From the IMG/VR virus record IMGVR_UViG_3300046373_000181, positions 1 to 61,822 of that record: a DNA stretch of 61,822 bases; one strand, written 5' to 3'. A program made the translations under genes and the position numbers. The first letter of the stretch is position 1; the number at the start of each line of letters is the position of its first letter. Below are positions 58,004 to 61,822 of the stretch, one piece after another. Source of the stretch: a virus. Taxonomy: Duplodnaviria > Caudoviricetes. The notes below the pieces were generated by a model. It saw only the letters and a program-made list of their open reading frames with translations, did not search any database and was not told the origin of the DNA.

Positions 58004-58381
58004 ATGAACACAACTATCGGCGGTCTGGCTACGACCGGATCAAACATCAATCACTTTCAGTCTCGCTTGGCAACGGCAATAGAAGACGTGGTTCAACGCC
58101 CCACGCTGTACGGCTCACCCATGGCACAAGCAAATCAGGGAAATGCCCAGTGGGTGTATGGTGAACGTCTGGCTGCTTTGTTCGGCGTTTGCATCAGCGT
58201 TGAGGGTGCCAGTACCGAAGTGGTTCACTTCTCTGTATTTGCTGACTGCGCTTTCTCCTGCAACGTATCAAATGTAACTGTGACGGGTGTTCGTTACGGC
58301 CGGTTCCACATGAGCATGACGCTGGAGGATCTCGAAAAACAAGAAGCTATCGAAGAACTATTTAATAAATCTGGTATATGA
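58004..58381 (+). CDS. Hypothetical protein
   Basis: Start at MNTTIG, after the promoter. Confidence 0.65.
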   Translation: MNTTIGGLATTGSNINHFQSRLATAIEDVVQRPTLYGSPMAQANQGNAQWVYGERLAALFGVCISVEGASTEVVHFSVFADCAFSCNVSNVTVTGVRYGRFHMSMTLEDLEKQEAIEELFNKSGI

Positions 58382-59208
58382 GTACGAACACATCCCTAAT
58401 ACCTACGACGACCGCCGATATGATGTCGGTCGCTACGAACCTAGCTAAATCCGGCTTCTTTCAGGATGCCCGCGAAGCAACCCAGGCATTTGCAAAAATT
58501 CTTGCTGGTGCTGAACTAGGAATTCCGCCGTTTGCTGCCATGAGTGGCATTTACATTGTGAAAGGAAAACCCCAATTGGGCGGGGTTTTGTTGGGTGGCT
58601 TGGTTAAACGGTCCGGTAAGTATGACTATAAAGTTGCTGAACTTAGTGATGCCCGTTGCTCGATTGACTTCTTTCAGGGAACTGAGCTTATCGGAAATAG
58701 TACATTCACCATTGAGGATGCCAAAAAAGCCGGAACTCAAAACACCGATAAGTTTCCTAAAAACATGCTCTATGCACGGGCTATGTCGAACGGTGTAAAA
58801 TGGTACACGCCAGATGTTACGAACGGCCCCGTTTATGCTGAAGGAGAATTTGAAGAGGATGCCCCCCGCGTTCAAGATACAACAGCAGAAGTTGTTCACG
58901 AAGCTAAGCCTGTATCAACGGGTGCTGAGTTAGACCCCGAAGTTATTCGGCAAATGGGTATCTGGACTGACAACGTAGATGTGCTTTATAATGATGAAAC
59001 CCGCCGTACCAATCCTTCATCATGGGATGTATCGTTTACAGCCCTTGGTTCAATCGCGAACTTACCTTCAACCGAGAAGAACAAGAAGTTTGTAGCGCTT
59101 AAAAACTTTGCTGCCGAATTCAATATCGGTTGGGATAAAGACGCAAAGAAGTTTTTTGTTGCAATGCCCGTAGATGAGCCAGAAACCGCTGAAACCGTCG
59201 AAGCCTGA
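58378..59208 (+). CDS. RecT/Bet-like ssDNA annealing protein
   Basis: KILAGAELGIPPFAAMSGIYIVKGKP, KFPKNMLYARA. Confidence 0.82.
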   Translation: MSTNTSLIPTTTADMMSVATNLAKSGFFQDAREATQAFAKILAGAELGIPPFAAMSGIYIVKGKPQLGGVLLGGLVKRSGKYDYKVAELSDARCSIDFFQGTELIGNSTFTIEDAKKAGTQNTDKFPKNMLYARAMSNGVKWYTPDVTNGPVYAEGEFEEDAPRVQDTTAEVVHEAKPVSTGAELDPEVIRQMGIWTDNVDVLYNDETRRTNPSSWDVSFTALGSIANLPSTEKNKKFVALKNFAAEFNIGWDKDAKKFFVAMPVDEPETAETVEA

Positions 59209-59816
59209 TGCAACACGTAATGATTGACATTGAGACAATGGGCAATACGGCAGGTTCCGCCATTGTCAGCATTGCAGCCGTTCAGTTCGATTTAGAGACC
59301 GGAAAGATGGGACTAATGTACGAAGAGCATGTCTCACTCGAAAGTTGTTTAAAGGCGGGGCTTTCTCCAAATGCCAGTACAATCCTTTGGTGGCTTCAAC
59401 AGGATGAAGCAGCGCGCAAAGAATTAGTAGTGGGTCAAACTAAAGCCCGCTCCCTCCGCAATGTACTTAGCAGTTTTCAGCTTTGGATTGAAACAACGCA
59501 CAAAGATCCTATTGTGTGGGGGAATTCAGCCAGATTTGATTTAGGTATACTGGAAAGCGCCTTTGCAGCCTGCAATATTCCTTTACCTTGGAAATTCTGG
59601 AACGAGCGGTGCGTTCGCACTCTGGCTGAATTAGCACCAGAAATCAAACGAAAAACGAAGTTTCAGGGTGTTGCTCACCATGCCATTGATGACTGCGTTC
59701 ATCAGGTCCGCTATACGGTTGCCACTTACCGAAAGCTTAAGGGATTGCCTGAGGTTGAGATTAAGCAGCCTGAGCCAGTCGCGAGTGTATTTAGCGACGA
59801 CGAACTCCCATTTTAG
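59208..59816 (+). CDS. DEDDh 3'-5' exonuclease with an SSB-like acidic tail
   Basis: VMIDIETMG, WGNSARFD, HHAIDD; ends DDELPF. Confidence 0.9.
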   Translation: MQHVMIDIETMGNTAGSAIVSIAAVQFDLETGKMGLMYEEHVSLESCLKAGLSPNASTILWWLQQDEAARKELVVGQTKARSLRNVLSSFQLWIETTHKDPIVWGNSARFDLGILESAFAACNIPLPWKFWNERCVRTLAELAPEIKRKTKFQGVAHHAIDDCVHQVRYTVATYRKLKGLPEVEIKQPEPVASVFSDDELPF

Positions 59817-59920
59817 AAATTGAGTAGAGTTTGGGCTGTGATTCGAAAACGGCGGGGTACTACCTCGCCCGCTTTCTTCGCCGATGCCCAGGTACATACA
59901 CATTTAAACACATAGCAATC

Positions 59921-60415
59921 ATGAAGACTTCTGAGAGATTTAATCGGGCTGTGCAAGCACTTGTCAGTTCATATTTCAACAGTACCCTTGTCAAGGGTAA
60001 TTGCAGTGCATGTGCGGTGGGCAATATTGTTGCTGCCGGAATTGAGGGTAAAGTTTATAGCAAAGAAATAGGCAACTATATCACATATCGTTGCGATAAA
60101 CCTAATTATGGTTGGCGTAATGTATTCCTTACTGTGGGTGATGAGCAAGGTATTTGGCCTCATAACTACGAAGGTATTCCAAAAGAAATAATTGATGCTA
60201 CCGGCTATTCATGGGAACAATTAGCCATGGTTGAAAAGACCTTTGAAGTCAATACAAAAATCTTTTTTGACGATTACAAAAGGTACACCCCCGAGCAAAT
60301 CGACGCCGATCAATATGAGGGCTTAATGGCCGTGGTCGATGTTCTCTGCCAGATCGAAGGCATTGACGACGCGAGCGAATACAAAGCCCTGTTTGCGGGC
60401 AAGATTTTGGTTTAA
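59921..60415 (+). CDS. Hypothetical phage protein
   Basis: CSACAVGNIV, ATGYSWEQL. Confidence 0.75.
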   Translation: MKTSERFNRAVQALVSSYFNSTLVKGNCSACAVGNIVAAGIEGKVYSKEIGNYITYRCDKPNYGWRNVFLTVGDEQGIWPHNYEGIPKEIIDATGYSWEQLAMVEKTFEVNTKIFFDDYKRYTPEQIDADQYEGLMAVVDVLCQIEGIDDASEYKALFAGKILV

Positions 60416-60584
60416 AAAGGTAAAGGAAGGATACAGCGTACGGCTCGGGTTATGCCTGAGCCACTACCTCACCCCTTCCTGAAACACGCATTAATAAGAA
60501 TGATTTGATGTGGATAGCCGACAACGGGCAGTGGATTCTGCCGCCCTGTTTCTTTCCCCTCACTAAAACAAACAGCAATAGCAA

Positions 60585-60893
60585 ATGGAAGATGTAAAGC
60601 ATGCACCCGCCCCCTGGCTTGCTAGGCGAGATAAGGCAATTCCTGAGTTTTGGACCGTGGAAGCAGAAGAGGGAAGAACGCTTGTCTGTCACCTATACGG
60701 CATTCGTGATGTACCAAAAGGTAAACCGGATTTAGAGACCGAAGCCACGGCAAAATTAATCGCAGCAGCCCCTGACCTTTTGGAAGCCCTTGTGCTTGTA
60801 CTACCTAAACTGGGTTGGTATACGGCTAGAGAGCTTGGAGATGATGTAGTAAAAAAGATAGAAGCCGCCATTGCAAAAGCCACCCAGCCATGA
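60585..60893 (+). CDS. Hypothetical phage protein
   Basis: HAPAPW...AKLIAAAPDLLEAL. Confidence 0.8.
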   Translation: MEDVKHAPAPWLARRDKAIPEFWTVEAEEGRTLVCHLYGIRDVPKGKPDLETEATAKLIAAAPDLLEALVLVLPKLGWYTARELGDDVVKKIEAAIAKATQP

Positions 60894-61171
60894 CCACCAC
60901 CGACACCACACCCGAAGTGCTTGTGAACGGCTTCGGGACGCCCTACAAGTTCCAGAATATGCAACAGTGGCAGGAGTATCTGAATAACTGCCTGGACGGT
61001 AAGTCGCTCGATCGGGCCTGTTCCTACTACCGCGAGGGGGCCATTGGGCATTGTTCAAGTTTGCCCTGGCTCGACGGTACGCCTGAAAGTCAGGAAGCAT
61101 TTAAGGCCCTGTTCAGGCGGGCTAAAGTCATCGGCGTCAAGTACAGTAAGGTATCCAGAAAGTTTGTTTAA
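60890..61171 (+). CDS. Hypothetical protein
   Basis: ATGA-coupled ORF. Confidence 0.65.
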   Translation: MTTTDTTPEVLVNGFGTPYKFQNMQQWQEYLNNCLDGKSLDRACSYYREGAIGHCSSLPWLDGTPESQEAFKALFRRAKVIGVKYSKVSRKFV

Positions 61172-61185
61172 CCCCTGCCTCTACC

Positions 61186-61383
61186 ATGAAACGACGCGTA
61201 AAGAAGCTACCTAGAAAGCTCAAGAAGGCACTTAAGTTGAGCATTACAAAAACAACCGTATTTCATTCTCGGCACATGCGAATCTATGCTACCTGGCCTT
61301 ATGATGCTTTTCGCAAGCTGCACCCCAACACAAAAAAGGAACATGCTGGCAATCATTATGTAAGCAGCTACTTACTTGGATAA
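61186..61383 (+). CDS. Basic hypothetical protein
   Basis: KLPRKLKK N-terminus. Confidence 0.55.
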   Translation: MKRRVKKLPRKLKKALKLSITKTTVFHSRHMRIYATWPYDAFRKLHPNTKKEHAGNHYVSSYLLG

Positions 61384-61395
61384 CCCCCTACCATC

Positions 61396-61822
61396 ATGAA
61401 TTTTATCGACACCTACCGCGACTTGGTGCTTGAGAAAGGCACCCACGTTGTGCAGACCGCCAGCGGGAGGTCTGTACGGATTGTTTGCACGGATATGAAG
61501 AGCCGATACGCAACATATCCCATCATTGCCGTGATTGATTTTGGAGCATTTGAAGAGCACCAAATTTATACTGCTGCGGGTGAGACAATTTGGCGGAGAG
61601 TGAGAGATACTGACCTCCAAATCGTCCCCAAGCCGCCTGTATCGCTGGGGTGGGTAGCGGTTGTGCATAACACCATTGCAAGCGTCTGCACTAATCCATT
61701 CAAGACCAAAGAAACTCTACTGGAGAAGGTAAAGGAAGTGGGAGCTACGCTACTCTCCGAACCGGTAGAAATGTTCGCAATCCCCGCCCCGCCCGTCACC
61801 ACCCCACCCCCACTTCCCGAGC
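61396..61822 (+). CDS. Hypothetical phage protein spanning the circular junction (continues to 321)
   Basis: ATG at 61396 (MNFIDTYRDL...VRIVCTDMKSRYATYPIIAV) stays open to the end and is in frame with ORF 55..321 across the repeat. Confidence 0.8.
   Translation, partial: MNFIDTYRDLVLEKGTHVVQTASGRSVRIVCTDMKSRYATYPIIAVIDFGAFEEHQIYTAAGETIWRRVRDTDLQIVPKPPVSLGWVAVVHNTIASVCTNPFKTKETLLEKVKEVGATLLSEPVEMFAIPAPPVTTPPPLPE
61684..61822. repeat. Terminal direct repeat, right copy
   Basis: Matches 1-139. Confidence 0.95.

Noticed and set aside
59833-59872. Second tRNA-like element
   Set aside because: Only one hairpin (ggcgggg..cctcgcc), with no D/T-loop consensus or promoter
60443-60550. Structured ncRNA in the intergenic gap
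   Set aside because: Two hairpins are visible, but nothing distinguishes them from ordinary terminators or stability elements
1-61822. Genome-wide stop-codon reassignment
   Set aside because: Core genes are intact in the standard code, and TAA, TAG and TGA all end real genes; only one internal stop was seen

Overview
The window is an apparently complete, circularly permuted genome of about 61.7 kb from a temperate long-tailed (siphovirus-like) phage. The first 139 bp recur at the end. The host is inferred to be Bacteroidota from TAnnTTTG promoters, signal peptides ending in Gln, and the VirE/BT4734-type primase. Modules are: DNA modification (two C5 methyltransferases flanking a PP-loop enzyme), dispersed lysis genes with morons, tail fibres and spikes, a tail interrupted by an antirepressor island, head genes divergent from terminase/portal, lysogeny (tyrosine integrase, CI/Cro-like), and replication/recombination (SF2 helicase, primase-helicase, iteron origin, VRR-NUC, RecT-like protein, exonuclease). 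The most notable observations are: (1) four consecutive fibre/adaptor-like genes that all begin with Sec-type signal peptides, suggesting fibres exported from the cytoplasm; (2) both C5 methyltransferases are dual-frame genes with motif IX in a nested +1 ORF; (3) an independently transcribed tRNA-like RNA with a variable arm of about 75 nt; (4) AAAGC arrays phased at exactly 12 bp at two late regulatory regions; (5) a C4/IsrK-like structured leader with a uORF before the antirepressors. All calls come from reading motifs by eye; no database searches were run.
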